Translations under genes and position numbers: made by a program | Assembly: GCA_964517955.1 (NCBI GenBank) | Contig: CAZFFA010000001.1 | Coordinates: 1-36,994 of the forward strand | Length of the DNA: 36,994 nucleotides | Reading direction: 5' to 3' | Origin: an uncultured Jutongia sp. | Lineage (GTDB): Bacteria; Bacillota; Clostridia; Lachnospirales; Lachnospiraceae | Notes under the pieces: generated by a model | The model's database searches: none | Told to the model about the DNA's origin: nothing | What the model saw: only the letters and a program-made list of their open reading frames with translations | Part shown: positions 9,696-20,063 of the stretch, piece by piece | How the letters are laid out: each line of letters starts with the position of its first letter | How positions within the stretch are numbered: position 1 is the first letter of the stretch

Positions 9696-11144
9696 ATGGA
9701 GAAAATTATGGCAGAAGATATAAAGAATGACAATAACAATAATAACGATAAAGATTATGAAGATGTCTGCTATATATGCAGACGTCCTGAAAGCAAAGCA
9801 GGCAAGATGATACATATACCAAACAATATTTGTATATGTAACGACTGTATGCAGAAAACATTTGATTCTATGGGGAATATGGGCAATCCTTTTCAGGGGA
9901 TGCCATATATGGATATGTTCAATATGGTACCTCCGAATATGCAGGAGGGTGTTCCTAAGCGTCAGAAGTTAAAGAAAAAGAAAGAGGAAACTGACAAAAA
10001 GAAGAACTCATTTGCAGAGGGAACATTTGATATACAGCATATGCCGGCACCTCATGTCATAAATGGCAAGCTTGATGAATACGTTGTAGGTCAGGAATAT
10101 GCCAAAAAAGTTATGTCGGTAGCAGTATATAACCATTATAAGAGGGTGCTTACTGACAGTCCGGATAATGATATTGAGATAGAGAAGTCCAACATGCTTA
10201 TGATAGGACCTACAGGTTGCGGTAAGACATATCTTGTAAAAACACTGGCAAAAATCCTTCAGGTACCACTTGCCATAACTGATGCGACATCTCTTACAGA
10301 GGCGGGTTATATAGGTGATGACGTTGAAAGTGTGCTTTCAAAACTCCTTGCAGCGGCAGACAATGATGTAGAGAAGGCAGAACACGGAATCATATTTATA
10401 GATGAGATAGATAAGATTGCTAAGAAACGCAATACAAACAGCCGTGATGTAAGCGGTGAATCAGTACAGCAGGGAATGTTAAAGCTTCTTGAGGGAAGTG
10501 ATGTGGAAGTACCTGTAGGAGCTACAAGTAAAAATGCGATGGTACCACTTACTACTATAAATACACGCAATATCTTATTCATATGTGGTGGTGCATTCCC
10601 AGAACTTGAAAAAGTTATAAAGAACCGTCTTACAAAGCAGTCATCTATAGGTTTTGCTGCAGAATTAAAGGATAAATATGACAATGATGAAAATCTTTTG
10701 GCAAAAGTTACGACAGAAGACCTTAGAGAATTTGGTATGATACCGGAATTTCTCGGACGTCTGCCGGTAGTATTTACGCTTCAGGCAATGACAGAAGATA
10801 TGCTTTGTCAGATACTTACACTTCCAAAGAATGCAATACTCAAACAGTATAAGAGACTTCTTGAACTTGATGAGGTTGATCTTGTCTTTGATGATGAGGC
10901 AATTCATGCCATAGCGAAAAAGGCGGCAGAGAAAAAGACCGGAGCAAGAGCATTAAGAGCAATAATAGAAGAATTTATGCTTGACATAATGTATGAGATA
11001 CCAAAGGATGACATGATTGGACGGGTAACTATTACAAAAGATTATATAGAGAATAAAGGTGCACCGCTTATAGAGATGAGGGAAAGCGGTGAGGCAAAGA
11101 TACTTACACAGCGTGATATGCCTGCTATAGAAGATAAAGAATAG
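9696..11144 (+). CDS. clpX: ATP-dependent Clp protease ATP-binding subunit ClpX
   Basis: C4 zinc finger (CYIC...CNDC), Walker A GPTGCGKT, IIFIDEIDK, RDVSGESVQQ, IGF loop and GARALR. The start may be 9708. Confidence 0.95.
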   Translation: MEKIMAEDIKNDNNNNNDKDYEDVCYICRRPESKAGKMIHIPNNICICNDCMQKTFDSMGNMGNPFQGMPYMDMFNMVPPNMQEGVPKRQKLKKKKEETDKKKNSFAEGTFDIQHMPAPHVINGKLDEYVVGQEYAKKVMSVAVYNHYKRVLTDSPDNDIEIEKSNMLMIGPTGCGKTYLVKTLAKILQVPLAITDATSLTEAGYIGDDVESVLSKLLAAADNDVEKAEHGIIFIDEIDKIAKKRNTNSRDVSGESVQQGMLKLLEGSDVEVPVGATSKNAMVPLTTINTRNILFICGGAFPELEKVIKNRLTKQSSIGFAAELKDKYDNDENLLAKVTTEDLREFGMIPEFLGRLPVVFTLQAMTEDMLCQILTLPKNAILKQYKRLLELDEVDLVFDDEAIHAIAKKAAEKKTGARALRAIIEEFMLDIMYEIPKDDMIGRVTITKDYIENKGAPLIEMRESGEAKILTQRDMPAIEDKE

Positions 11145-11176
11145 TGTAAGGCATAGAAAATGTAAAATAATTTCTC

Positions 11177-11217
11177 AAATGAGACTTCCGGACATTATAA
11201 AAGGAAGTCTCATTTTT
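11177..11217 (+). terminator. Intrinsic terminator after clpX
   Basis: AAATGAGACTTCC...GGAAGTCTCATTT 13-bp stem running into a T tract. Confidence 0.75.
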
Positions 11218-11228
11218 CCTTTATCGGA

Positions 11229-11255
11229 ACATTTTATTCTAAAGTACATATATTA
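11229..11255 (+). promoter_or_regulatory. Candidate sigmaK (mother-cell) promoter of the split protease gene
   Basis: AC(A)-N16-CATATATTA matches the sigmaK consensus AC-N16/17-CATANNNTA. It lies 33 nt upstream of the TTG start and after the clpX terminator. Confidence 0.6.
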
Positions 11256-11288
11256 TATGGAATATATGTTACCGCAGGGGGGCTGCAA

Positions 11289-11603
11289 TTGGCGTGCACA
11301 GACAGAATATATTCAGAAGATTATAAAGATTATATAGTTGAATATTATGGCGATATAGATTATCTTTATGAACAGTACCCGGAGGATTGCTTTCAGCCTG
11401 TATCGGAAAGATATGCAATTGCATATACAAAAGCTGATTCTGTTGATACAAGGGTCAACAATGGTTCATTCATCATACCACAGTGTTATGGCCTTATGTC
11501 ATCTGAACAGATGCTTGAAGCGGCAGGAATATCAAGGACACAGAGACAGCCGGCACTTAGTCTGTACGGTCAGGGTGTAATGGTAGGATTTATTGATACG
11601 GGG
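11289..11603 (+). CDS. Csp-type subtilisin (S8) germination protease, 5' fragment (prodomain to catalytic Asp); in the interrupted state the ORF stops at 11615
   Basis: IIPQCYGLM...LEAAGI...PALSLYGQGVMVGFIDTG is the N-terminus of clostridial Csp proteases, and the homology stops exactly at DTG. Confidence 0.9.
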
Positions 11604-11615
11604 GCTGGTGTTTGA
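11599..11615 (+). other. Left junction (attL-like) of the intervening element
   Basis: CGGGG core (11599-11603) followed by GCTGGTGTTTGA, which is inverse-complementary (8/8 perfect, 10/12 overall) to the right end. Confidence 0.8.
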
Positions 11616-11691
11616 GGATTGTAAGAAAAAATTAAAAGTATTTAAAAAAGTATTATGGTAAAATCAAAATTAACTGAGAGGAGGCTTTGGC

Positions 11692-12645
11692 ATGGATATA
11701 CAGAAATATCATGATGAAGCAGTAGAAGTCATGAATGAGGTTAAGAAAACCATTATAGGAAAAGATGATTGTATACAAAAGGTTATGATGGCTATAATTG
11801 CAGGAGGACATATTCTTATAGATGATATACCGGGTGTTGGAAAAACATCGCTTGCAATGGCATTTGCAAGAGCGATGAATCTTGACAACAGGCGTATGCA
11901 GTTTACACCTGATGTTATGCCGTCAGATATACTGGGCTTTTCCATGTACAACAAAAAAGAAGATGAATTCCAGTATCAGGAAGGCACTATAATGTGCAAT
12001 CTTTTTCTGGCTGATGAGATAAATAGAACTTCCCCCAAGACACAGTCGGCACTTTTGGAGGTCATGGAGGAAAATAAGGTTACTGTAGATGGAGTGACAC
12101 GGCCTGTTCCTGAGCCATTTATAGTAATTGCTACAGAAAATCCTATTGGCAGCGTAGGAACCCAGCTTCTGCCTGAATCGCAGCTTGACAGATTTATGAT
12201 ATGTATAACTATGGGGTATCCGTCTCTGGAGAATGAGATTGCCATAGCTAAGGGGACAGGCAATGCAGAAATTGTTGAAAATGTCAACAGCATTATAGAT
12301 GGAGAGGAACTTATCAGGATACAGCAATGTGTACAGAAGATACATATAAGTGATAAATTGTATACCTATATATGTACACTTGTGCATGAAACAAGAAATC
12401 AGCCTATGATAGAGCTTGGAGTAAGTCCAAGAGGAACGATTGCACTTGTGAATATGGTGAAAGCAGCCGCATTTCTGGATAATAGAGATTATGCAGTGCC
12501 GGATGATGTTATAAAAGTGTTTGGATCGGTTGCTGCCCATCGTCTGGTACTTAGTGCAAAAGCTCGTGTAAACAATACCGATGCAGAGACATTGCTGCAT
12601 GAGATAATACAACGTGTAAAGAAACCCGGGGTAAGAGACAGATAG
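11692..12645 (+). CDS. MoxR family AAA+ ATPase
   Basis: Motifs DIPGVGKT, RMQFTPDVMPSD, LADEINRTSPKTQSALLE, ATENP, LPESQLDRF and GVSPRG. Confidence 0.95.
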   Translation: MDIQKYHDEAVEVMNEVKKTIIGKDDCIQKVMMAIIAGGHILIDDIPGVGKTSLAMAFARAMNLDNRRMQFTPDVMPSDILGFSMYNKKEDEFQYQEGTIMCNLFLADEINRTSPKTQSALLEVMEENKVTVDGVTRPVPEPFIVIATENPIGSVGTQLLPESQLDRFMICITMGYPSLENEIAIAKGTGNAEIVENVNSIIDGEELIRIQQCVQKIHISDKLYTYICTLVHETRNQPMIELGVSPRGTIALVNMVKAAAFLDNRDYAVPDDVIKVFGSVAAHRLVLSAKARVNNTDAETLLHEIIQRVKKPGVRDR

Positions 12646-12656
12646 AGGTATAGCAG

Positions 12657-13835
12657 ATGAAAAGAATTATTGGTTTCGCTGTGCTGACAGCAGTTACACT
12701 TTATATGTCGCTTATATACAATAGCGATTCATTTCTTCTGCTGTTTTATATGGAGATTGTATTTGGAATTACGATGTCATTATTTATATATCCGGCTGCA
12801 AAAAAAACTAAGGTATTGCTTAAGGTCAATTCCAATATGATATATCTGAATGATGCTGTGAATATTGATATTGATATAGAGAATAACAGCAGGATTCCTA
12901 TTGGAGCAGTCAGGGTTAATGTAAAATGCGTCAATCTATATACAGGCAAAAAAAGAAATATAATTCTGCGTGGAGACACTGGTGGAATAAAGGTTCAATA
13001 TAAGCCTGATGCTACAGGTTATTATGAATTTGTGATAAGCCGGGCATATGTGTATGATTATCTTGGAATACTTTTATTTCCAATAAAAGACATGGACAGA
13101 CACACAGAAAATACCATTGTTGTACCGGAACTGTATGATGCAAATGTTTATATTAACAATGGCAGTGCAGGAGGCAGCGTACTGGAGATGGGAAGTAAAG
13201 AAAGATACAATATTACAGTCGGTGAGGTTGGTTCTATAAGGAATTATAATCCCGGGGACAGTCTTAGAAATATACATTGGAAGCTGACTTCAAAGATGGA
13301 TGATATAATGGTAAAGGAAGAAGATACTCTGTACAAAGACATATTCGTATTTTTTCTGATATTTAGTTATAAAAAAGGCAATGCCAGCGCATTGCCTTCA
13401 CACCGCTATTGTATACGCAATTTCCTATTCCATAAAAAAAGTAAACATGGCAGAGAAAATATGCTCTATGAAAGTTTTTTGCAGACAATGGCCTCCTTGT
13501 CCAATAGTCTTATAAAGAATGGCGGACAGCATTATATTTCCTGGTATGACAGCACAGAAGAAAATATTGTAAGATATAAAATAAATGCGTATGAAGATAT
13601 ATCCGGGGTCATGGAGACATTGGCAAAAAACTTTTTGGCAGCAGAGAAGGTAACAGATGATGTAGATATATACAGCCTGTTGCAGCTATATGAGAAGCAG
13701 TACGATGCCAACCCGGCAGATAACTATATGTCACTTGATATGCAGCTTGATCTGAATGTCAATAATGAACATATAGCACATATATCACAGGATTCCCTGA
13801 AAGAATCACTTTCACAGGTGAAGATTATTATCTGA
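12657..13835 (+). CDS. DUF58 domain membrane protein (MoxR partner)
   Basis: N-terminal TMs; motif IRNYNPGDSLRNIHWKLTSK...MVKE. Confidence 0.9.
   Translation: MKRIIGFAVLTAVTLYMSLIYNSDSFLLLFYMEIVFGITMSLFIYPAAKKTKVLLKVNSNMIYLNDAVNIDIDIENNSRIPIGAVRVNVKCVNLYTGKKRNIILRGDTGGIKVQYKPDATGYYEFVISRAYVYDYLGILLFPIKDMDRHTENTIVVPELYDANVYINNGSAGGSVLEMGSKERYNITVGEVGSIRNYNPGDSLRNIHWKLTSKMDDIMVKEEDTLYKDIFVFFLIFSYKKGNASALPSHRYCIRNFLFHKKSKHGRENMLYESFLQTMASLSNSLIKNGGQHYISWYDSTEENIVRYKINAYEDISGVMETLAKNFLAAEKVTDDVDIYSLLQLYEKQYDANPADNYMSLDMQLDLNVNNEHIAHISQDSLKESLSQVKIII
13371..13398. repeat. Dispersed palindromic repeat inside the DUF58 CDS
   Basis: AAAAAAGGCAATGCCAGCGCATTGCCTT is the exact reverse complement of 7453-7480. 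Confidence 0.85.
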
Positions 13836-13896
13836 ATACATGAAAGAACAAAATATAACAATGATTAAGTATATTGCAAAAGAAAGGAGATAAAGT

Positions 13897-16404
13897 ATGA
13901 ATAGCGGATATAATAATTCTGACAGAAAATATTCAATTCTGATATTTAACTTTATCTCGTTAAGTATGCTGGGATATGGTTTATACAGTTCATTTTGCAG
14001 TGTATATTCTTATCCAAAGCATACATATGTAAATATTTCTATAGTGGTGATGAGCCTTGTGCTTTGTATTATATGGGGTCTGAGCAGCATATATACCAAT
14101 ATTCTGGCTGGTATGTCAGGTATAGTATTCGCTGCTGTTATTATGATTAAATACAGAGTTATAGAAGAAGAGGGAAATAGTATTATTTCATATATACAGA
14201 GAAGAGATTCCATATTTCACAAGAAAGAGATTAGTCAGATCCTGAAGATTAATATAGCAAAGAAGTCATTACTTCATGGTCAGCTTGTCATGATACTTAT
14301 AATGTTTGTAATTTTGTCATTTATTGCAGCAGGTGTTATAAGACTAAAGAGCAGGCTTTTGATGATGGCTATTGTTTCAGTTGTAGTCGGACTTGAGATG
14401 TATCATGGAAAAACGCCGGATATTCTTTCGGGAATATTTATAATTTCAGGAATTCTGGGATTATTCTATAGTGTCCAGCTTCGGGCAGATTCAAAGGGAC
14501 ATCGCATAAGCAGGAATAAGAGTACATTGCAAAATAGTTTATCCGGGAATACTGTGTCCAGAAATATTGCTTTTGTCAGTATTATATTTGTCTGTTTAAT
14601 TGTTGGAATGGGTGCGAGCTATTATAGCGGGGAGTACATACTGTCACATAGTTCAGAGATGATGCAGTTTCAGCATAATGCAGAAGAAAAGGCGAAGGAT
14701 GCAGCTTCTATGATAGCAGCCAGATTAAGTGGCACAGGGACAGAAGGATATATGACCAATTTAGCACCTTCCTACACAGGAAAAAAGGTTATGGAGGTTG
14801 TATTTGATGCTTCACAGAAGCCTAATGGCAATATATATTTAAAAGGTTTTACGGGAGACAAATTTACCGGCAGCAGGTGGGAAAAATTTTCAGATAACAA
14901 AGATTCCGAATTTGACGATTATTATCAGTCATACGAATATGAAGATTCAGAAATATACATGTTTTATTATGATAAACCTGACAAAAAAAGCATTATGTAT
15001 ATGCCATACTGGTCGGGATATCGTTATATGAAATCTCTTGACCGGAACAGTTCGCTTTCAACTGAAGATTTTGACAGCAAAACAGGTCATGTCAGGAGAA
15101 ATGCCAATGTGTTTAAGGTGCCGACAGGACTTTGGATGACAGAAGACTGGCTTATGGAGACTGATGAAGAAGAACAGCCATATTATTTCTTTGATAACGG
15201 TGTTGGCAATGAGAGAAGTTACTTATGTAAGAATAATACAACAGGTATTAAACGCCTGCAGAATTACAAAAAATTTGTATATGACAATTATTTTTCGGTG
15301 CCGGACTATGAAAGATTAAAGAAATTTGCAGACAGTATTCCTACGAAAAGTGATTTTGTAGATCAGTGTCGTGCGATTAAGGACAAGCTATATGGAACTG
15401 TTGATTACAGTCTTGATCTTAAGGGTGTGCCTTTTGGTGACAATTATCTTGAATATTTCCTTTTTGGTCAGCACAAAGGATATTGTGAGCACTTTGCAAC
15501 AGCAGCGACTATTCTGATGAGAGAGAAGGGAATTCCTGCCAGATATGCATCAGGATATTGCATAAGCCCAAAAGATTTTGTTCTGCGTGAGATTAACAAT
15601 GAATATCTGAATGGAAAATATTATGTAGCAGAAGTCAGAGACTCGGATGCACATGCATGGACAGAAGTCTATGAAAAAAATATGTGGCTTCCGGTTGATA
15701 TGACAAAAGTTTCCGGTGAGACACCTGCCAGTGAATGGGCAGACAGCAGAAAGACGAAAAATTATCTGGACAATAAGCTGACCATAACCAGTACACCATT
15801 GCCGACAGTGAAGCCAACAGCCGGTAGCAACATAAAGAATACAGCAAAGCCGGCAGTTGCAGGTGATAAAAACAGGGGAAGTAAAAAGCTCACTGATACC
15901 GGTATAATAGGACATATGATAAGTAAGATATCAGCAAAGAACATGAAGATATTAATAATAATTTTATATGTGGCACTGATATTTATTTTATGCGGTTTGA
16001 CTATTTATGCTGTGTCAGTTGTTATATATATGAGATATAAAAAAGATATTGTAAAATGTACGTCTATGAATGAAAGGGTTACAACGCAGGCGTATTACTT
16101 TATGAAGGTATTGAAATATTTTGGACTTAAGGGGATTGAGGAAGCAGATGATGATGAATTTATTGAAAAGATAAAAGAACGTTTTGCATCTGACATTGAT
16201 AATGAGGTTATAGTTCAATACAAAGATATACTTAGCAAAGCAGCATTTTCTGACAGTGATGTGAGTGAAGCAGAAGAAAGAATATGTGAATCTGTTATGA
16301 AAAAAACTATTGGAAATGCATGGAGTATGGGTGGAATATTCAGGAGAGGAATAATATATGTATTGGGGTTAAGAAAACTGATCAGAGAGGTATATTATGT
16401 TTAG
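13897..16404 (+). CDS. Transglutaminase-like domain membrane protein (TgpA-like)
   Basis: Multi-TM N-terminus; Cys-His-Asp triad motifs GYCEHFATA, GIPARYASGY, HAWTEVY and WLPVD. Confidence 0.9.
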   Translation: MNSGYNNSDRKYSILIFNFISLSMLGYGLYSSFCSVYSYPKHTYVNISIVVMSLVLCIIWGLSSIYTNILAGMSGIVFAAVIMIKYRVIEEEGNSIISYIQRRDSIFHKKEISQILKINIAKKSLLHGQLVMILIMFVILSFIAAGVIRLKSRLLMMAIVSVVVGLEMYHGKTPDILSGIFIISGILGLFYSVQLRADSKGHRISRNKSTLQNSLSGNTVSRNIAFVSIIFVCLIVGMGASYYSGEYILSHSSEMMQFQHNAEEKAKDAASMIAARLSGTGTEGYMTNLAPSYTGKKVMEVVFDASQKPNGNIYLKGFTGDKFTGSRWEKFSDNKDSEFDDYYQSYEYEDSEIYMFYYDKPDKKSIMYMPYWSGYRYMKSLDRNSSLSTEDFDSKTGHVRRNANVFKVPTGLWMTEDWLMETDEEEQPYYFFDNGVGNERSYLCKNNTTGIKRLQNYKKFVYDNYFSVPDYERLKKFADSIPTKSDFVDQCRAIKDKLYGTVDYSLDLKGVPFGDNYLEYFLFGQHKGYCEHFATAATILMREKGIPARYASGYCISPKDFVLREINNEYLNGKYYVAEVRDSDAHAWTEVYEKNMWLPVDMTKVSGETPASEWADSRKTKNYLDNKLTITSTPLPTVKPTAGSNIKNTAKPAVAGDKNRGSKKLTDTGIIGHMISKISAKNMKILIIILYVALIFILCGLTIYAVSVVIYMRYKKDIVKCTSMNERVTTQAYYFMKVLKYFGLKGIEEADDDEFIEKIKERFASDIDNEVIVQYKDILSKAAFSDSDVSEAEERICESVMKKTIGNAWSMGGIFRRGIIYVLGLRKLIREVYYV

Positions 16405-19000
16405 AAAGGTAGTCAAAGAGAAAATAGGGTATTACTTATGGTATACATTGTTCTTTGCAATTATATCCGGGTGCATTATAGGCGTTTTTGTGACCCATGG
16501 CAAAGCATTTGTATGGGCAAAGGATGGTATGGCGCAGCACTATCCAACTCTTATATATATCCATAAATATCTGACAGAGTTTATCAAAAATCTGCTGTCA
16601 GGTGAATTTAGCCTTCCTATGGTTGACTATAGGATAGGACAGGGTATGGATGTTCTTACTACATTGAATTATTACGGTTTTGGAGACCCGCTTACACTTC
16701 TGACTGCATTATGTCCAACAAACTATATGGAGATAATGTATGGAATTTTAATATTTTTGCGTCTGTATTTATCAGGAGTATTTTTCTCAATGTACTGTTT
16801 TGTAAGAAAACAGGGCAGAGATTCAACTGTTCTCATAGGTGCATTGTTATACTTATTTTCAGGCTATGGTCTTTATGCAAGTGTTCGTCATCCTTTTTTT
16901 GTCAATGGCATGATGTTTTTGCCACTGGTACTCATTGGTGTAGAACGTGCACTTGATAAAAAATACGGACTTCTTGCGGTTGCTACAGGCTGGTCGATGA
17001 TAACGAATTTCTATTTTACCTATATGAATACAATTGTCATGGCAATGTACATATTGTTCAGACTTATCCCGGATAAAAAGCTTACATGGAAGTTACGGTT
17101 TACATCGGTATTTAAGATGATGTGCTCATATATCTGTGGAATACTTATGTCAGGAATAATTGCAATACCTGTGATAATAGCCTTTTTTGGCTGTTCAAGA
17201 GGTGGTGAGGGCGGTTACAATGGATCGCTGCTTCATTATGACCTGAAGTTTTATCTGAATTTTATTGGAACGTACTTTTTCACCGGAAGCAGTATCGGCG
17301 AGTGGACCAACTTGAGTTTTACGGTCATTGCTTTTTTTGCGATACTTATGTTGTGGCTTCGTGGAAGTAAAAGAGAGGATGTCTGCAAACGCAATAAGCT
17401 GTTGAAAATTGCATATCTTATATTGACTGCAATGATGCTCATTCCACTGGCAGGTAAGATCATGAACGGATTCGGTTATGTATCTAACAGGTGGAATTAT
17501 ATATATGCGATGCTTATAGCATATATCGTTGTATGCATGATGCCTGACATAATAGATCTTGTTACATTCTGGATATTTTCACGTACCGGAATTGAGAGAG
17601 GCATCGCTATGCGTAAGAAGGTCAGATATGCGTTCTGTCTTGTGATGACAGGAATATTGTCGCTGCAGGTATGTACAATTTATCTGCAGCATGGGTATCT
17701 TGAAGAATTTGTTGATCTGGGCAAAGCCAATGATACTCTGGCAAAAACAGCAGTTCAATTCGTATCAGGTGTAAAATCAAAGAATGATACCGATACATTT
17801 TTCAGGACAGAACAACCATGGTATATAGGAAATCAGTCAATTGCAATGAGTTACTATGGCAATAACTGGTATTTCAGTATAGCACCAAAAAGTTTTGTGG
17901 AGCACTACAATAAGTTTCAGTTAAATGCCATGGAGAGGACATATTCTCTACGAGGTCTTGACAATAGAACAATGCTTAATGAGGTCGCATCTACAAGACT
18001 TTATGCATCCAATGTGCTCAATGACGGTCTTGTGCCATATGGATTTATTTTGACAGGAGTTTTACCGCGCAAAGATGGAACGACACAATATCTGTATAAG
18101 AACAAATTTTTCCTGCCTTTGGGGTATACAGTTGATAGTTGGATTCCGTCTGATGAATATGATAAACTCGGATGTATACAGAAGCAGGAGGCTCTTATGC
18201 AGGGAGTTGTTCTTGACAAAAAAGATGGTGAACAGACAGATACATTTCAAAAGCACACATCAGGTCTGCTTCTAAATTCAAAAAAGATAGACTATAGTAT
18301 TAAATCAATGTCAGGTATGACCTGGGAGGATGGAAAACTTTATGTAACAGAAGAAAATGCAACGATGGATATATCATTTAACAGTCCGGAAAAAAGTGAA
18401 ACATATCTTAATCTGGAAGGTATAGAAGTTATTGACAATAAGAATGATTATCAGACATGTCCTGTTACAAGCGGAGTTACAAAGAACAGATTTGTACTTA
18501 TGAATAAGAAAAAATCAGCCTGGTATCATAACCCCGATATAACTATAAATCTCGGATATTCATACAAAGAAAGAAAAGAATGCCGTATTACGATTCCTGA
18601 TAAAGGTATATATTCGCTGAAGGATATATCTATAATAAACCAGCCTATGAACTGCTATCCTATGCAGGCAGAAATGCTCCGTAAAGATACACTGCAGAAT
18701 GTAAATATAACAGCAAATACTGTAAAAGGAGATATATCACTTAAGCGCACTAAACTTATGCAGTTTTCAATACCATACAGCAGGGGATGGAATGCATATG
18801 TAGATGGTGTGGAACAGAAAATATACAGATCAAATGATATGTATATGGCAATACAGATTCCAAAAGGCAGCCATGATATAGTCCTTAAATATAAGACTGT
18901 AGGTATAGAGGCAGGTGCAGTATCGAGTGTTGTGGGAACTGTTATATTGTTTATATATGTCTTCTGGCAGCGAAAGCAGAGAAGCAGAAAAAAGTTATAG
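16397..19000 (+). CDS. YfhO family membrane protein (GT-C type glycosyltransferase)
   Basis: Motifs DGMAQHYP and NYYGFGDP, many TMs, and C-terminal FSIPYSRGWNAYVDG...GSHDIVLKY. Confidence 0.88.
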   Translation: MFRKVVKEKIGYYLWYTLFFAIISGCIIGVFVTHGKAFVWAKDGMAQHYPTLIYIHKYLTEFIKNLLSGEFSLPMVDYRIGQGMDVLTTLNYYGFGDPLTLLTALCPTNYMEIMYGILIFLRLYLSGVFFSMYCFVRKQGRDSTVLIGALLYLFSGYGLYASVRHPFFVNGMMFLPLVLIGVERALDKKYGLLAVATGWSMITNFYFTYMNTIVMAMYILFRLIPDKKLTWKLRFTSVFKMMCSYICGILMSGIIAIPVIIAFFGCSRGGEGGYNGSLLHYDLKFYLNFIGTYFFTGSSIGEWTNLSFTVIAFFAILMLWLRGSKREDVCKRNKLLKIAYLILTAMMLIPLAGKIMNGFGYVSNRWNYIYAMLIAYIVVCMMPDIIDLVTFWIFSRTGIERGIAMRKKVRYAFCLVMTGILSLQVCTIYLQHGYLEEFVDLGKANDTLAKTAVQFVSGVKSKNDTDTFFRTEQPWYIGNQSIAMSYYGNNWYFSIAPKSFVEHYNKFQLNAMERTYSLRGLDNRTMLNEVASTRLYASNVLNDGLVPYGFILTGVLPRKDGTTQYLYKNKFFLPLGYTVDSWIPSDEYDKLGCIQKQEALMQGVVLDKKDGEQTDTFQKHTSGLLLNSKKIDYSIKSMSGMTWEDGKLYVTEENATMDISFNSPEKSETYLNLEGIEVIDNKNDYQTCPVTSGVTKNRFVLMNKKKSAWYHNPDITINLGYSYKERKECRITIPDKGIYSLKDISIINQPMNCYPMQAEMLRKDTLQNVNITANTVKGDISLKRTKLMQFSIPYSRGWNAYVDGVEQKIYRSNDMYMAIQIPKGSHDIVLKYKTVGIEAGAVSSVVGTVILFIYVFWQRKQRSRKKL

Positions 19001-19104
19001 TCCATAATAAAGGCAGATACTTTGCTGTCAGACTATGCAGCATATAGAAAATATAATAGTTGAAACGCAGATAATGTTTAATTAACTTAGAAAAGAGGAT
19101 AAAT

Positions 19105-20049
19105 ATGTCAGAAATATCAGATAAGAAGCTTTGTTCACTTATTGTACCTTGTTACAATGAAGAAGAGGCGATTCCAATTTATTACAAAACGGTATTGCCT
19201 GTTATAGAGAAAATGAAAGATCTGGAATTTGAATTTTGGTTTATTGATGATGGAAGTTCAGACAATACATTAAATGTCATAAAAGAGCTTAGGGAAAAAG
19301 ATGGGCGTGTTCATTTTGTATCATTTTCACGTAATTTTGGAAAAGAAGGCGGTCTGTATGCCGGACTTGAACATGCAAAGGGAGATTATATTGTAACCAT
19401 GGACGTTGATCTTCAGGACCCACCGGAGCTTTTGCCGGAGATGTATGATGTGGTAAAAAGCGGTGAGTATGACTGTGCAGCTACAAGACGAGTTGACCGA
19501 AAGGGCGAGCCACCGATAAGATCATTCTTTGCAAGGATGTTTTATCGTCTCATCAATAAAATATCAAAGGCTGATATTGTAGACGGTGCAAGAGATTACA
19601 GATTTATGTCACGTAAGATGGTAGACAGCATACTTTCTATGGGTGAGTACAACAGGTTTACGAAAGGTATATTTGGATGGGTCGGATTCAGGACAAAATG
19701 GATTCCTTTTGAAAATGTAGAGAGATGTGCCGGAGAAACAAAGTGGAGTTTTTGGAAGCTTTTTGTATATTCTCTTGATGGCATTGCTGCATTTTCAACA
19801 GCACCGCTTTCAATTGCGTCAATTATGGGAATATTATGCTGCGGACTGGCATTTATCGGAGCAGTATTTATCTTTGTAAGGGCACTTATGTTCGGCGATC
19901 CGGTATCAGGCTGGCCAAGCCTTGTATGTATAATAACCATGCTTGGCGGAATACAGCTTCTCTGCATGGGAATTATGGGAATGTATCTGTCAAAAACATA
20001 TCTTGAGACCAAAAAAAGACCTATTTATATATCAAAAGAAGAAGAATAA
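19105..20049 (+). CDS. GT2 polyprenol-phosphate glycosyltransferase (GtrB/CsbB-like)
   Basis: Motifs VPCYNEEE, DDGSSD, FSRNFGKE and MDVDLQDPP; two C-terminal TMs; ends ETKKRPIYI. Confidence 0.93.
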   Translation: MSEISDKKLCSLIVPCYNEEEAIPIYYKTVLPVIEKMKDLEFEFWFIDDGSSDNTLNVIKELREKDGRVHFVSFSRNFGKEGGLYAGLEHAKGDYIVTMDVDLQDPPELLPEMYDVVKSGEYDCAATRRVDRKGEPPIRSFFARMFYRLINKISKADIVDGARDYRFMSRKMVDSILSMGEYNRFTKGIFGWVGFRTKWIPFENVERCAGETKWSFWKLFVYSLDGIAAFSTAPLSIASIMGILCCGLAFIGAVFIFVRALMFGDPVSGWPSLVCIITMLGGIQLLCMGIMGMYLSKTYLETKKRPIYISKEEE

Positions 20050-20063
20050 TGCGGACAAATAAA

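Noticed and set aside
11289-11615. Independent 108-aa hypothetical protein or dead pseudogene
   Set aside because: It joins seamlessly with 20080-21516 in the middle of a conserved motif, and both halves are intact.
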